The notes under the pieces: generated by a model
Told to the model about the DNA's origin: nothing
The model's input: only the letters and a program-made list of their open reading frames with translations
The model's database searches: none
Position numbers and translations under genes: made by a program
In this document: positions 1-11,559 of the stretch, one piece after another
How the letters are laid out: each line of letters begins with the position of its first letter
Numbering within the stretch: position 1 is the first letter of the stretch
Origin: Amoebidium appalachense
Lineage: Eukaryota > Protista > Ichthyosporea
DNA: 64,000 bases
Assembly: GCA_963693365.1 (NCBI GenBank)
Contig: CAVNZM010000016.1
Location: 6,679,029 to 6,743,028 of the forward strand
Reading direction: 5' to 3'

Positions 1-1084
1 CACGGGGGGAGGGGGAGGGAGGGGAGGAGACCGAGGAGGAGTGTGAACGTAGTCGTAGGAATTTAATTTATTATCATAGGTGTCTCCGTAGGTATCAAGC
101 TTATGGTGTAGATTAATTTATTATTTTTCTTCGTAATTTATTTAATTTAATTTTTTTTAGGAGACTGATTAGTCTATGTCTTTTTAGGGGGTGTTAGATG
201 TAATGTGACTGAGGTGGGACTCAGCTTTTCCGAGGGCCGGGGGGGGAGTTGACATATACTAATCCGTCTCAGCAGATTAGCCTAAGTCTACGATCGAGAT
301 CGGGGGGGGGGGGGGGGGGGGGGGTGGCCCGGGTCCACAGATCATCAAGATCAAGTCCGGGGCCTCAAGATAGCTGTACAGCTGCGTGCATCTTGCCTCT
401 GCCGGCGCAGGGCATTGGACCACGTCAGCCGGGACAGCCGTCCAATAGAATTCTAATTAGTGTGTAGGATAGATCGTAGGAGGACTTAGGAATGTGATTG
501 TTCGGGCAGAAGCCCTTTTGTAAGTATTGGCAAGGCTAGATAGTGTATGTTGCCAAACGTATTTATATATGTAGATGTAGAGGAAAGGGGGGGAGGGAGG
601 GGGGGGGAGGATAGTATGAAATGTAGATTTAGACTCTGCGGTGCCACTAGGGGGAGGGTGAGGGGTGAGACTTGGATAAATATATTAGTTGAGTAGATCG
701 ACTTAGCTCGTGCAGGCGCACGATAAAAGTAGATCGGAATGTTAATGGAATGTGGCATCGTAGGGGGCCAGGTGATGATGATCTTGTAGGGCACGGCCTT
801 GATGGCCTCAGTCGTAACTTAGACTCAATCCGTACGGATCTAAGTTTGCCCGTCGGAGCCTGGTCTTAATAAACTTTACCGTTTTTCTGTACACGTTCGT
901 TCCTTTTCGTGTGGGTACACTTAGTAGAGTGCCGCGTCTCTAGTACACATACATTAGGATACGACAGGCGCCCCCCCTAGGTCTCCGGGCTGATGTGCGG
1001 CTTGCCGGGGGTGGGGTCACGGAATTGGTACACCGCTGACCCCCAAACCCCCCCCCCTGTACCCCTGAGGACGTCAATACGGGT

Positions 1085-2572
1085 ATGGCAGATTCAGGAT
1101 TGTTTCCTCACGTGTCTAGCGATTTGCTTCCCCTTCCCTTTTTCAATATCCCGCCGTTGCTTGATCAGTGTAGGTTTATTTCCCCAAGGAGAAGGGGGAG
1201 ATTCAACAAGAAGTTTTTATTGTTTCAAATGGCTAATCGTTCCATAGCAGCTATCAACACCTTGCATAATGGGCTTCCTTGCCCGGTAGAGTCTCCTAGG
1301 AACAATGTTTGGCAACCAATGCACAACCCCCCTTCCCAGTCACACATACACATTTCCACCACAGCTTCTCCCTTTGGCAATCATTTTTTTCCCACCCCAC
1401 CTCCCAACTACACACACATTTCTCATGCACCCACGTCAGCACAAACACAGGCCATGAACAATATTTTGTTTTCATGCTCAGATATGCGCCGCAGGATCAG
1501 AAATGTCCCCTTAGCGGCCGTGTCTGAGTCTTTCCCATATTTCAATCATACTAAAGCTTTTACACCCATAGTTGCCGAGCGTATGGCCCTTCCCCCCACG
1601 GGGTTTGGAGCCACTGTTCTTCTCTTGACGGTCCTTCCCCCTGACCTCAAGGAGATGTTGGAGACACCTTGTGTGTTGGTGGTGTCGCAGACGAGTGAGG
1701 GTGGCGGTGTTGGCCTGTCGGGTGGGAGTGACCCCACATCATCCACGGAGCCGGCCTGTCACGGAGTCAGCGGGTGTGGGGGGGTGCCGACGACCGAGGG
1801 TACCACTAATGGTGCCGAGGGAGTCCACCCCACGCCCGGGCGTCCTGTCTTCGCGTTTGCATCACCAGCTGAGTGGCCGAGTCTGGCCAAGCGTATGTTT
1901 GAATGCGGTATTGTTGCTTTTTTGGAGTTGTCTGAGCCCCCCAAAGTAATCAATGGGCTGTTTGCAGTGGAGAAAGATGAGAAGGAAGACCGTTTGATAA
2001 TGGATGCCCGCCCCATGAATGCAGTAATGATCGATCCCCCTAATCCCAAGTTTCCCAACCCGGCAGATCTGTGCAGCCTCGTCATCCCCAAGGACTCCGT
2101 TTTGGTGGTGGCCAAGTATGATTTTTCCAATTTCTACCACCGATTCCGAGTGCCTGACTGGCTGTCATGGTACCAAGGGCTTCCCCCGGTGTCGTCCGTC
2201 GGTGTGGGTTTGGCCGGGCCAGACCGTTTGGTGTATCCTCGTGTGCTGTCGATGCCAATGGGGTGGAAATGGGCCCCGTATGTGGCGCAGCAAACACACC
2301 AGCATTTCACACACCCGCCACTCAGCCTCGACCGCTGCATCCAATCGGATTTCCCGGCTGCACATTCCATGAGCCACCAATCCGATTCGGTACACATGAT
2401 CTACATTGATGATTGGGTGGGAGTCGGATTCGAGGAGTCTACGGTAAATTCCGAGATGACGGCAGCAGGGGCGGCGGGGGAGTCACACGGTTTCGAGATC
2501 AAGCCGTGGCCGACACGGGGGCAGTGCTTCACATGCAGAAAATGGCTCCACGCAGTCTCTCGCGATTATTAG
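1085..2572 (+). pseudogene. Reverse transcriptase of the YR retrotransposon (frameshift/deletion after about 2505)
   Basis: Motifs NGLFAVEKD..RLIMDARPMN, AKYDFSNFYH, MPMGWKWAPYVAQ and catalytic YIDD in the 495-aa ORF; continuation (LSRLLGGWAW..RP) lies in another frame. Confidence 0.92.
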
Positions 2573-3098
2573 GGGGATGGGCTTGGTTGTTGCTATTAAA
2601 TCGTCCTTTGTTTTCAGTTTTGGAATTTTGTTATGAGTTTGCTTTGTCCCACGGTGCCTGCCCACTAACGACCACTGTGATTCCAGCTGCAGTTAAGCAC
2701 GAATTGGGCCTGTTGGTTGCTTTGGCACCCCTTCTATGGTGTGTGATTTGACGGCGCCACCGGCTTCCCTGCTGCTGGCGTCTGATGCTTCCACTATCGG
2801 GGGAGGAGTTCCGTTGCCACCGTCACGACCGCGCAATCGTTATCAGCACTTGCCCAGTCCGTGTCCAAACCCGGGTTTTCATTTTTGGAACCAGAGGGGT
2901 CCACCACGGTCGAGTTGCCCAACGCCACGGCGGTTGGTGAAAGTGACGAGAGCACGAAAAAACCCCTAGCCTCCCTCGAGCCCCCCCTCCCCCCCCCGAC
3001 TCTTTTCTGGGGATGGTAGACGGTTTGGGGTGGCATCACCCGATTTCCACCCCGTGGCAGCACCAAGACCACATCACCATTCTAGAAGGGCATGCTTT
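2505..3098 (+). pseudogene. RT-RNase H tether and N-terminal half of DIRS-type RNase H (frameshifted)
   Basis: LLASDASTIGGG (first catalytic Asp) and HQDHITILEGHA (HI..LE motif) in shifted frames; cut at 3098 by insertion. Confidence 0.85.
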
Positions 3099-3429
3099 CA
3101 CTGCAAACCCCTGCATTAGAAAATCGTGCCCTACAAAGCACGACTGTGATCACTACTACATGGGTATAAAGTCGTGCCGGCCGATCGACGATGTCGTTCT
3201 GACTCTTTTCTCTACGGGATGGTGCGCGCGCGCGCCGCCGTATTCCGGGAATGCATTCTTGGCCGTGACTCATCATCACGGCGCACAGGAATGCATTCCT
3301 CGATCGAACGTGCGCACACACGCGCGCACGCGACCACAGACTCTGCACCGATCAAAACAGGCACCGATTTTACCCGTCGCCCAACGCCCCCCGACTCTGA
3401 ACCGATAAAAATAGGCACCGACCTTCCCC

Positions 3430-3461
<32 letters not shown>

Positions 3462-3883
3462 TGTCCACCCACCCACCCACCCCCACACGTGCACGTGCAC
3501 CAGGATCCTAGTATGGGCCTCCAAACCGTTTATTGTGACGACAGTATTTATTCAGTTCGATGTCACCGACGCAGCTCATGCGTGCCACTTTTCACGTAGC
3601 CCAGGCACATGAACACAAGAGGAGCATAAACATCTAAATGTTAACGTTACAACGAAGTACTATGATATGGCATCTAAATGTTACAACGATGAACTATGAG
3701 ATGGAGAATACTAACACGTTAACACAGCAGAGCACCTACTTTGCACTATCCGGATTCTTTGGAGGTACTTCTAAGAAAATGATAACATGTTGTCACCTTG
3801 AGTCTTGCACGAGACAACACAGCGTAATGTATACACGTTCATAAACAGCTATCACTAACACAATATTCTATGTACTTGCACGG

Positions 3884-4488
3884 TGTCGTATCTACAAACA
3901 GAGTGTATACAAACTACTCTAACTAACTGCACGCTTAAAGGGGCTTGAAACCGTGTATACGTATAAACTTTTCTTTGAGTTGGGTGGGAAGCGAGAGAAA
4001 CGAGTTCTTAGAAGAACTTCGAAAAGCCCGCGACCCCGCGAGACACTTCACAGACACGCGGCCCACTGGCCAGACAAATACCACAGTGACATTCAGCCAA
4101 TCACAACACTCCCTCCCCCACAGACTACACGCACTCCACACCATTGGCTACCGCGACCTCAGACACCCCTACAGCACTACAACACGTACACACGTTTACT
4201 CACAATACATATAAGCATACACACACGCGAGCAGGCAACATGGGTCTCGCCACGCACACAGCAAGAAGCAATACAACATTTAACATGGAGAGTACGCAGA
4301 GGCATGGGGCATGCACGCGCGCACCAAACAATCAGCCGCCGCTGCATCAGATTCTCCCCATACCACTGATTAATCTCCTCATACCCCATTTAGACCCCGG
4401 CATCACTATGCAAGAAAACCCCCGAAATTAACTCACCAAAACACAAAATATAGAAGCAAACTAATACGAATCAGCTCAGCACATGACA
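3884..4488 (+). repeat. Left arm of 605-bp near-perfect inverted repeat
   Basis: Reverse complement of 6201-6805; mirrored ORFs in track (coordinates sum to 10689); one substitution seen. Confidence 0.97.
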
Positions 4489-6200
4489 CACGGGAACAAC
4501 ACAGTTTGAGCTTACGTGTATGTGTGTGTATGTGATTTAGAGTTGGGGGGGGGGGGGGGGGGGGGAGGAGGAGGGAGAGAGAGGGGGGAGAAGCGAGGGA
4601 GAGAGACAGAGAGAGGTGTGTGTGTGTGGGGGGGGGGGGGGGGGGGGGGGCGCCGGGGGAGATCGAGACGAGAAAGGAGAAGAGAGAGGAGAGAGAAAGG
4701 GAGAGAAGCTACACCCCCTTTCTCTGCAGTTTTTTGCAGGGAGGGGGCACACGCACTGTTAGTCCTTCTGGGCTGTTGCTTTCACCCCTAGTTTTTTTTT
4801 CTTTCACGCCTAGCGGTTATGAGTGGCTTTGACTTAGGACTTTTTCGACAGTTAGAGGTAGAAGAAACATACGCACACACAGGCCTACAGCTTGCAACAG
4901 TTGGCATAGGCAACATGAGCAGTAGGACTAGTATCACAGGGGACTTAGTCCTCGCTAAGGACCTTGACCTCCCTAGGTGACTTAGCAAGCTCAGGGCCGT
5001 TTGCCCAGCAGAGGCCTCAGAGGGGACCGGCGGCGGTCACCCTCCCCACGGCGCTACCAGCCCTACCAGCCACGGCCACAACGGGATAACAGATGGGCCA
5101 GGCTGGCGTCTTTGGGCGGGACAGCAAGAGCCGGCGCCAGGCTCTTTCCCAGGCACCTGCGACAACTGCAAGGAGCGGGGGCAACGCGTGGTGTAAACAG
5201 CCCCGGGGGGCAGGGATGTCGATGACCGTGTTGCTGGTATGAAGGTTTTATTAGGGGGTAGGCCGTCTCTTGGGTTGTTCAAGTTGTTGTTGTATGGGAG
5301 TTGTGTGGTGTTTTATTTTGCTGAGTTTTCTACTGGTGCCTTGCATTTTCAGTTCGACGTGTGTATGAGTCCTGTGTTGGCGACGTGTGTGGTTAGGGTC
5401 AGTGGAATAGAAAGTCCTGCTGCTGTCTGGGAGCTCGGCCCTCTGACGAGGGGGCTGGGGGGGGGGTCGAGGTGTAGTCATGGCAGTGGCAGGCCCCCAC
5501 TGTTGTGAACCCCCGTCGTCAAAGGGCCTGGTGCTGAGGCCCCTTGGAGTGGCTGCCCTGGGCCTGGTGTTGAGGCCCTTTGGAGTGGCTGCCCGTAGTG
5601 TTGTTGAGTAGTGTTGTGGTGCCCAGTGCAGCAGTAGGCCTTAGACACACCGTTCGCTGGGTAGGGCACGGTTGGGGCGGAGGCATTCCCAAACCACCGG
5701 GACCTACGTAGTAGGAGTCTTTGTCGGGTAGAGGAATGGCCAGCAAGAGAGTCTGGAGGTGTTCATACGTCACATGAGTCTGGAGGTGTTCGTCAGTGGC
5801 ATGTTAGTTTTTGCTAGGAATTCTTTGTGGATGGACACTGTCAGGCATGCTGAGTGTGGTTGTATGGATGGTGTCTGTTATCATGTCTGTTGCTATGTTC
5901 CACTCGATATAACATGGTGCCAGGGGCATGGGGTTTTGGGTGCAGGTTGTGGACGGGGGCAGAGGTGCATCTACAGGGCAACGTCAGTGGCGGTTCATAT
6001 TATCCTTGTTTTGGGGTTGGGTTGGGTACTAACCATGCAGGGGTGGTGCGTGGATGCATGTATATGTTTTATGTTATATGTTATATGTTGCTTCCTGCAT
6101 GGTTAGCGGTAGTTGTAGTCGCTCAGCACATAACTTTATTTTGTTTTTAGGTAGTTTTTACTGAGGTGGAACTCAGTTATTTTCTGTGCGAGGGGGGAGT

Positions 6201-6805
6201 TGTCATGTGCTGAGCTGATTCGTATTAGTTTGCTTCTATATTTTGTGTTTTGGTGAGTTAATTTCGGGGGTTTTCTTGCATAGTGATGCCGGGGTCTAAA
6301 TGGGGTATGAGGAGATTAATCAGTGGTATGGGGAGAATCTGATGCAGCGGCGGCTGATTGTTTGGTGCGCGCGTGCATGCCCCATGCCTCTGCGTACTCT
6401 CCATGTTAAATGTTGTATTGCTTCTTGCTGTGTGCGTGGCGAGACCCATGTTGCCTGCTCGCGTGTGTGTATGCTTATATGTATTGTGAGTAAACGTGTG
6501 TACGTGTTGTAGTGCTGCAGGGGTGTCTGAGGTCGCGGTAGCCAATGGTGTGGAGTGCGTGTAGTCTGTGGGGGAGGGAGTGTTGTGATTGGCTGAATGT
6601 CACTGTGGTATTTGTCTGGCCAGTGGGCCGCGTGTCTGTGAAGTGTCTCGCGGGGTCGCGGGCTTTTCGAAGTTCTTCTAAGAACTCGTTTCTCTCGCTT
6701 CCCACCCAACTCAAAGAAAAGTTTATACGTATACACGGTTTCAAGCCCCTTTAAGCGTGCAGTTAGTTAGAGTAGTTTGTATACACTCTGTTTGTAGATA
6801 CGACA
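6201..6805 (-). repeat. Right arm of 605-bp inverted repeat
   Basis: Reverse complement of 3884-4488. Confidence 0.97.
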
Positions 6806-6813
6806 AGTTACAC

Positions 6814-6937
6814 CCCCCGAAATTAACTCACCAAAACACAAAATATAGAAGCAAACTAATACGAATCAGCTCAGCACATGACACACGGGAACAACACAGT
6901 TTGAGCTTACGTGTATGTGTGTGTATGTGATTTAGAG

Positions 6938-6970
<33 letters not shown>

Positions 6971-7099
6971 GGAGGAGGAGAGAGAGGGGGGGAGAAGCGA
7001 GGGAGAGAGACAGAGAGAGGTGTGTGTGGGGGGGGGGGGGGGGGGGGGGGGAGATCGAGACGAGAAAGGAGAAGAGAGAGGAGAGAGAAAGGGAGAGAA
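6814..7099 (+). repeat. Direct repeat of 4419-4707
   Basis: cccccgaaattaactcacc...gggagagaa present twice, differing mainly in G-tract lengths. Confidence 0.93.
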
Positions 7100-7107
7100 A
7101 GAGAGAG

Positions 7108-7157
<50 letters not shown>

Positions 7158-7430
7158 AAGGGAGATAGAGTGTGTGCATGTGTATGTGTATGTGTATGTG
7201 TGTGGGTGTGTGTGTGGGGGGGGGGGGGGGGGGAGGGGGGTTGTTTTACCTGGTCGGGAACCGGGGGGGGGGGGGGGGGGGGGGGGGAGAAGGTAAAAGG
7301 GCAAGAATAAGAGAAGAAGAAAGGGAAGCAGGAAGAGAAGGAGGAAAAGGTTAGAAAAAGAAGGGGCCTGGATCGAGTTGAAGGGGATGTAGGAAACATG
7401 CAGAAGGGGGCACAACGGATGGATGGATGG

Positions 7431-7498
<68 letters not shown>

Positions 7499-9177
7499 GT
7501 TTGTGTGTGTGTGTGCGTGTTTACATGTGACTGTGTGTCATATGAACGTCTACAAACATGTCCATACGTGTACGGACAAACACCTACATCTTCTTCTATA
7601 AAAATAAACAAACACACACAAAAAGATACTGCAAACACATATATGCCACAATAACGAAGCAAACCTAACCTTTAAGCACCCCCCCCCCCCCCCCCCCCTC
7701 CCCCCCGCCCGCCCCCACTTACACCAGTACCACCCCCCTCCCTTCCCCCCCCCCCCCCCCTCCCCACCTCTTCCCGTCCGTCCCTTTCCCTCCCATCCCC
7801 TACTAACACAACACACACGGGCATACACCATTCTCTACCGCCCGGCTACCAAGCTGCCCTTCAACTTTAAAGCATCACAGCCACCCACTGACACAGGCAC
7901 GGTGCACACAGGTGTAGAGTGGCGTGTTTTTGGTGTGTGTGTGTGTGTGTGTGTGTACGTGTGAGTGAGTGTGTGTAGTAAAGTTAAAAAAAATTAGCAT
8001 GTATTTCTATGGATAACGTATGGTATTAAGACGTGCATGAATGTTTACGCAAGGCTTGGGTACACATTATTATCGTTTCATCATAAAGCCATGAGTGCAT
8101 GCAAAGGAGAGGCATGTCCAAAGTGCAAAACTCACTGGCCTGAAAATACCTGTATGGGCTCGAATACATGCATACACAAACACAATCACCATAAAAAGAT
8201 TCCTTCCCGATGCAAGAATGAAAGCCATGTGTGTTGAAAAAAAAAAGGAAAGGAGTCAATGAAGAGGAAAGATGAACAGCAGTCCTAAACGAAGATCAAA
8301 CACTGGCCTTGCAGGCGTGCCAGTACAGCGCGAGGGCAGGAAGAGGGTGGAGAGGCGAAGAGGGAGGGAAGGAGGCTGCGGACTTCAGAGTAGGGGCGGG
8401 AGGGGGGCCGGGGGGGGGGGGGGGGGGGGGGGCGGAGGGGGGTGGGGGGGTAAAACTAACCTGCCTGTTGTGGCAAGGAGTGCACACGTCCAGAATGTTT
8501 CACCGCCATTTTTAATTAAAAAACATAGAAGGTAGCACGGTTCGAATTGAACGCAGAAGTAGAGTGATTAAAAAAGGGTGTCAAAAAAAACACACCACGT
8601 CTTGTATATAACTGACAAACGATATGAACTTCGAGAACAACAGGAGTGGACTTATGACAAAGGAAACGAAGTTCTCCCCGGCAGATGACCTGGTCGTAAA
8701 GGAAATAATGACTCTATGTTACAACCTCTGTTGCAATGACAAAGTTGACAGAGCGGCGCACGCAGTTTGACTACGGTAGCGTGCGCGAAACTTAGACTCC
8801 TTGCGTGCTTGCTCTTGGTCACGCACATTCACCTGCACTAATCGTTGCCGACTGGCACGTGTCAGTTCAAGCATCAAAGGATGTGTGCCTTGTTCGCATT
8901 CCTGGGTGCGGCCCAAACCAATCAAGTGCTAGCCCGCAGGTGCGTGCGGTTCAGCCCAAAAATCCGAGGCTCACGATCCACGATTCCCCGCGGATCGGAC
9001 CCGAAATATCGGTGCAGTGTAGGACCGCACGCCGCATGGGCAACATTCCTGCAGAAGCAAAACACATTCCACAAAAAATCGGTGAAAATCGTCCATCGGC
9101 CGGCCCTACCAGTTCATAATGTAACCCGGTCGTCACTCGTAGGTACCTACTTTCCTATAGCGGGACTGGCAGTGTTT

Positions 9178-9410
9178 GCTACTGTCCCTACGGCGTTTCA
9201 CCCGTGCAATTCAGAATCACGGCACTCGAGTGGCACATTTGATTGACAACACAGCGCTGGTGTATGCAGTGGCAAAGGGGAGATCCAGTTCGAGACGGCT
9301 CAACCACGTGTGCCGGAGGGTGGCAGCCCTGGTGTGTGCAGCAGCACTTCGGCCTTCGTGGGTGTGGGTGCCTTCGGCCCACAACCCGGCCGACATGCCG
9401 TCCCGTAACG
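9178..9410 (+). pseudogene. C-terminal half of DIRS-type RNase H
   Basis: LIDNTALVYAVAKGRSSS..LN and WVPSAHNPADMPSR motifs. Confidence 0.92.
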
Positions 9411-10380
9411 TTGTCCCTAGCCCCCGGCTCACCCAGCTACTCAACGCCAACGTAAAACCTCCCACAGTGACACGGTATCAGAATGCAGTGCAACGGTTTG
9501 TAGATTGGTGTGTGGAGGAAGGGGAGGCCCAGCCAGAGTCGGCCGAACAGTTGGATCTCCTTCTGGCCGAGTATGCAGCCTTCATGTATGAGGAGTTGGG
9601 CCTCACCCGTAGTGGTTTGGCCCACCTGCGAACGGTTGTTGCCGGAGTCCAACATTTCTTCCCCCAGCACAAGGGTTGCTTGCCAGTTACGGCTAGAGCC
9701 CTGAGGGGGTGGGATATTGCTAACCCGACCTCCCACCACAGACCTTTGCCATACGACTACATGGTCCTGGCCACAGCCGACCTATTTGCTAGAAAAATGA
9801 CCGGGTGGCCGCCCTGTACCTGTGTATGTCGTTTGCTGCCTACACACGACCGGGCGAACTCTCCCACCGCACAGTCAGTGATTTTATTCCCCCACATGAC
9901 CCCCGGCTGCTTCAGATGAATGTCCCTCCGGAGAGTGCAGTCCTCCTGCTGCCCAGATCAAAGACCGGAAAGCACCAAATGGTAGTCATACGGGATCCGG
10001 TGTGCCTTCACTTGTTGAGCCATCTGATCTCCCTCCGTATCTTCCCCCAAGGCAAAGCACCGACCGACCCGTTGTTCAACTCGACGTATACACCGTCACG
10101 GGTCATCACGGCGGTGCAACACAGCCTGGCATCCATGGGACTTGATTCCGATTTTGAAATGTACAGCACCCGTCACGGGGCAGCCTCTACGGCAGCTCTA
10201 AGGGGGGAGGACTACGACCAGATTCGGATTAATGGTCGATGGAGGACTTTCACTACACCATTCACAAACTACATAGACACCACCAAGGCGATGTTGCTGG
10301 CTATTGCAATTCCTGGGGGGCTGGCTGAAAAGGCACGGGCATTCACCAAGAGGCCTCACCTTATCACAAACACCAATTAA
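9411..10380 (+). pseudogene. Tyrosine recombinase of the retrotransposon (one frameshift near 9800)
   Basis: N-terminal T..RY..A..RF.DW domain, then RPGEL, SKTG, YSTRHG, GRW and NYID catalytic-box motifs. Confidence 0.92.
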
Positions 10381-10428
10381 AAACACCACACACACACGAA
10401 CCCAAAAGCAAGTTAGGTAGGAATGGAG

Positions 10429-10495
10429 AGGTATAAGGGGGCATCTCCGGCCATTGTGGTTGGATTTGCTGTTCCCTTGGCTAGGTACAGTGCAT

Positions 10496-10550
<55 letters not shown>

Positions 10551-10737
10551 ACACACACACGATGGGGGCGCTTTAAATTAAAGCTTTAAGTTTTATGTTT
10601 AAAAATTTATTTGTGTTTTTATATTCAGTGTTTACACCCACGAATAAATCTCCTCACTTGCTGTTCACATCATTTTCCATGTGTCAAGCTTCACGGGCAG
10701 CCAGGACGAACCGACAGGAATGGTTTTGCCTACGGCA
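10429..10737 (+). repeat. Split direct repeat B1
   Basis: Near-identical to 11255-11559 (one substitution seen plus CA-tract length difference). Confidence 0.95.
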
Positions 10738-11254
10738 TATGTTTTCCCGAGAGAGGAGGCAGCGTGGAGTGAATCTGGAGGCAACATGAGGTCGTTTCAT
10801 TCTTTCTGCATTCCAAGACGTGCATTAGATATGGTTTTGATTTGTGATTGGTTTCTTTAGGGAGCTTTATCCGTATATGGTAAGTGAGTTTTGGAGCCAA
10901 CAATGACGTTGGTTGCAGACTTGCCAAATTGGTAAATGTACACTCACAGGGGATTGGTTAGAAAAAATGTTAGTTGCTTTTGATTGGTTTTGGTTAGGGA
11001 TTTCCGATTGGCTGGTAAGTTAGATATATAAACGGATCACACGCAGATTTTGACTCAGTTTTGTCTTTTCAAGTTAGTGTGACCGTGGTTAGTGATAGAG
11101 GAAAATTCGGCAGAGAGAGGTGAGGGTTTAGTCGTTTGGTTAAAGTGGGGTTTTGGTGGCTGTCTTGTTTAACAGCACAACCTCCTTTCGATGACTGAAT
11201 AGCGTCTACTTCTTTGTGCTGGGTTTTTTCGTTCCCACCCTCCCATCCCTAGAT
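10738..11254 (+). promoter_or_regulatory. Putative A2 repeat segment carrying a Pol II promoter of the retrotransposon
   Basis: Several ATTGG (reverse CCAAT) boxes 10846-11011, TATAAA 11027-11032, Inr-like TCAGTT 11055-11060; lies between B1 and B2. Confidence 0.6.
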
Positions 11255-11321
11255 AGGTATAAGGGGGCATCTCCGGCCATTGTGGTTGGATTTGCTGTTC
11301 CCTTGGCTAGGTATAGTGCAT

Positions 11322-11372
<51 letters not shown>

Positions 11373-11559
11373 ACACACACACGATGGGGGCGCTTTAAAT
11401 TAAAGCTTTAAGTTTTATGTTTAAAAATTTATTTGTGTTTTTATATTCAGTGTTTACACCCACGAATAAATCTCCTCACTTGCTGTTCACATCATTTTCC
11501 ATGTGTCAAGCTTCACGGGCAGCCAGGACGAACCGACAGGAATGGTTTTGCCTACGGCA
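11255..11559 (+). repeat. Split direct repeat B2 (3' end of element)
   Basis: Copy of 10429-10737. Confidence 0.95.

Larger units (their letters stand above)
3099..9174. mobile_element. Non-autonomous CACTA/CMC-like DNA transposon with CACTG termini
   Basis: Starts CACTGC (3099), ends GCAGTG (9174); imperfect 36-bp TIR (23/36 by eye); subterminal inverted match CCGGCCGAT(C/G)GACGAT at 3177-3192 and 9088-9103; TTT duplicated at 3096-3098 and 9175-9177; removal restores the RNase H frame. No transposase recognised. Confidence 0.88.
1085..11559 (+). mobile_element. Decayed tyrosine-recombinase (DIRS-order, Ngaro-like) retrotransposon; 5' boundary uncertain (probably at or before window start)
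   Basis: RT, RNase H and tyrosine recombinase coding remnants in order on + strand, followed by split direct repeats 10429-10737 and 11255-11559; interrupted at 3099-9174 by a DNA transposon. Confidence 0.9.

Noticed and set aside
208-230. Hammerhead ribozyme at the CTGAG hairpin
   Set aside because: No CUGANGA and GAAA core with three stems on either strand
3935-4431. Duplicated 138/95/89-aa ORFs as real genes
   Set aside because: Duplicated only because of the inverted repeat; no recognisable motifs
4544-6970. Functional meaning of exact poly-G lengths
   Set aside because: Lengths differ between otherwise identical duplicates and are unreliable in long-read assemblies
7900-8900. Transposase of the CACTG element
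   Set aside because: Only short ORFs with a lone CPKC; no DDE or TnpD motifs recognised
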